NCBI GenBank assembly: GCA_043228905.1
Contig: JBHGNT010000003.1
Span: 15,190,001-15,254,000, forward strand
Direction of reading: 5' to 3'
Length of the DNA: 64,000 nucleotides
Source of the DNA: Azolla caroliniana
Taxonomy: Eukaryota > Plantae > Polypodiophyta
Shown: positions 63,097 to 64,000 of the stretch, piece by piece
Layout: every line of letters starts with the position of its first letter
How positions within the stretch are numbered: position 1 is the first letter of the stretch
The notes under the pieces: generated by a model
What the model saw: only the letters and a program-made list of their open reading frames with translations
What the model was told of the DNA's origin: nothing
Database searches by the model: none
Program-made: the position numbers and the translations under genes

Positions 63097-64000
63097 TACA
63101 GGTCACATCTCATCATATAATCTATCGTTCGATTGCACTCCTGGGTATTGCCGCCCATAAGCGGACGATTTTCTTTGCAACCGAAGTACAGGCGACGAAA
63201 CCGGCCCTTGTTTTCGACATTCATGTCGATGAATATTTCCAACATGAGGATGTCGTTGTAGTCTAGTGGTGAGTATTCCTACTTGTCACGCGGGTCACTC
63301 GGGTTCGATCCCCGGCAACGACACGAAGGGCATTGCCGCCTAGGATCCGGCACCACCATATCCTCTATGCTTTCCTCGTTTCCCTCGATCCTCTACTGCT
63401 TTCGACCCCTTGGGGCATACAGTCTGTCGTCCCCGAGGCAGGGCGCATATCATCATATGATCTCTTGTCCGACTGCACTCCGGGGTATTACCGCACGTAA
63501 GCCGACGAATTTCGTTGCAACCCGTGTATGTCGACAAGGTCGGCCCTTGTTTTCGACATTCGACTCCATGCTCCAAACAAGTTGTAGGATCGATATTTCC
63601 AACACGAGGATGTCGTTGTAGTATAGCAGTGAGTATTCCCGGTTGTCACGCAGGTGACCCAGGTTCGATCCCCGGCAACGGGGCGAATTCGATGTCATTT
63701 CCTAGGGCATTGCCCCTTCGGATCCCGCACCGCCATATCCTCTATGCTTTCCTCATTCCCATCGAATCTTGTACCCCTTTCGAGCCCTTGGGGGGTACAA
63801 TCGGTCGTCCGCGAGGCAAGGCACATGTCACCATATATCTCTCTTCCAACAACAGTACTAGGTATTGTCGCCCATAAACAGGCGAATTTTGTTGCAAGCC
63901 CTGTACTGCCGAGGAAGCTGGGCCTCGTTTTTGAAATTCGGGTCAATACGATCGATACTCCTAATACTAGGATGTCGTTGTAGTATAGTGGTGAGTATTC
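63097..64000 (+). repeat. tRNA-Asp satellite, block 3 (continues beyond the window)
   Basis: tRNA-like copies at ~63252-63323, ~63612-63683 and ~63974 to the end. Confidence 0.93.

Noticed and set aside
41010-64000. CRISPR-like reading of the regularly spaced repeats
   Set aside because: The spacers are homologous to each other, units are ~370 bp, there are no cas genes and the context is eukaryotic.

Overview
Eukaryotic nuclear DNA from a land plant; a moss or other non-seed plant is inferred from the TE families. Bases 50-2989 hold the last 11 exons of an intact myosin XI gene. The rest is a nested TE graveyard: decayed Ty1/Copia and Ty3/Gypsy elements, solo LTRs, a foldback element and a LINE fragment. 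It also has two very young, near-identical Copia insertions (34890-40238, 50992-56336) that share the same in-frame TAG in RT. From ~41.0 kb to the end runs a head-to-tail satellite of ~350-390 bp units, each carrying a degenerate tRNA-Asp(GTC) (~22 copies), interrupted by LTR elements and preceded by a mitochondrial 26S rRNA fragment. The most unusual signal is a Gypsy group with no polypurine tract next to its 3' LTR. In that position it has a sense copy of the tRNA-Arg 3' end (...GTCCCACAGGCGTGCCA, an inverted second PBS) inside a hairpin, suggesting a non-canonical plus-strand priming mechanism. All calls are by eye; no searches were run.
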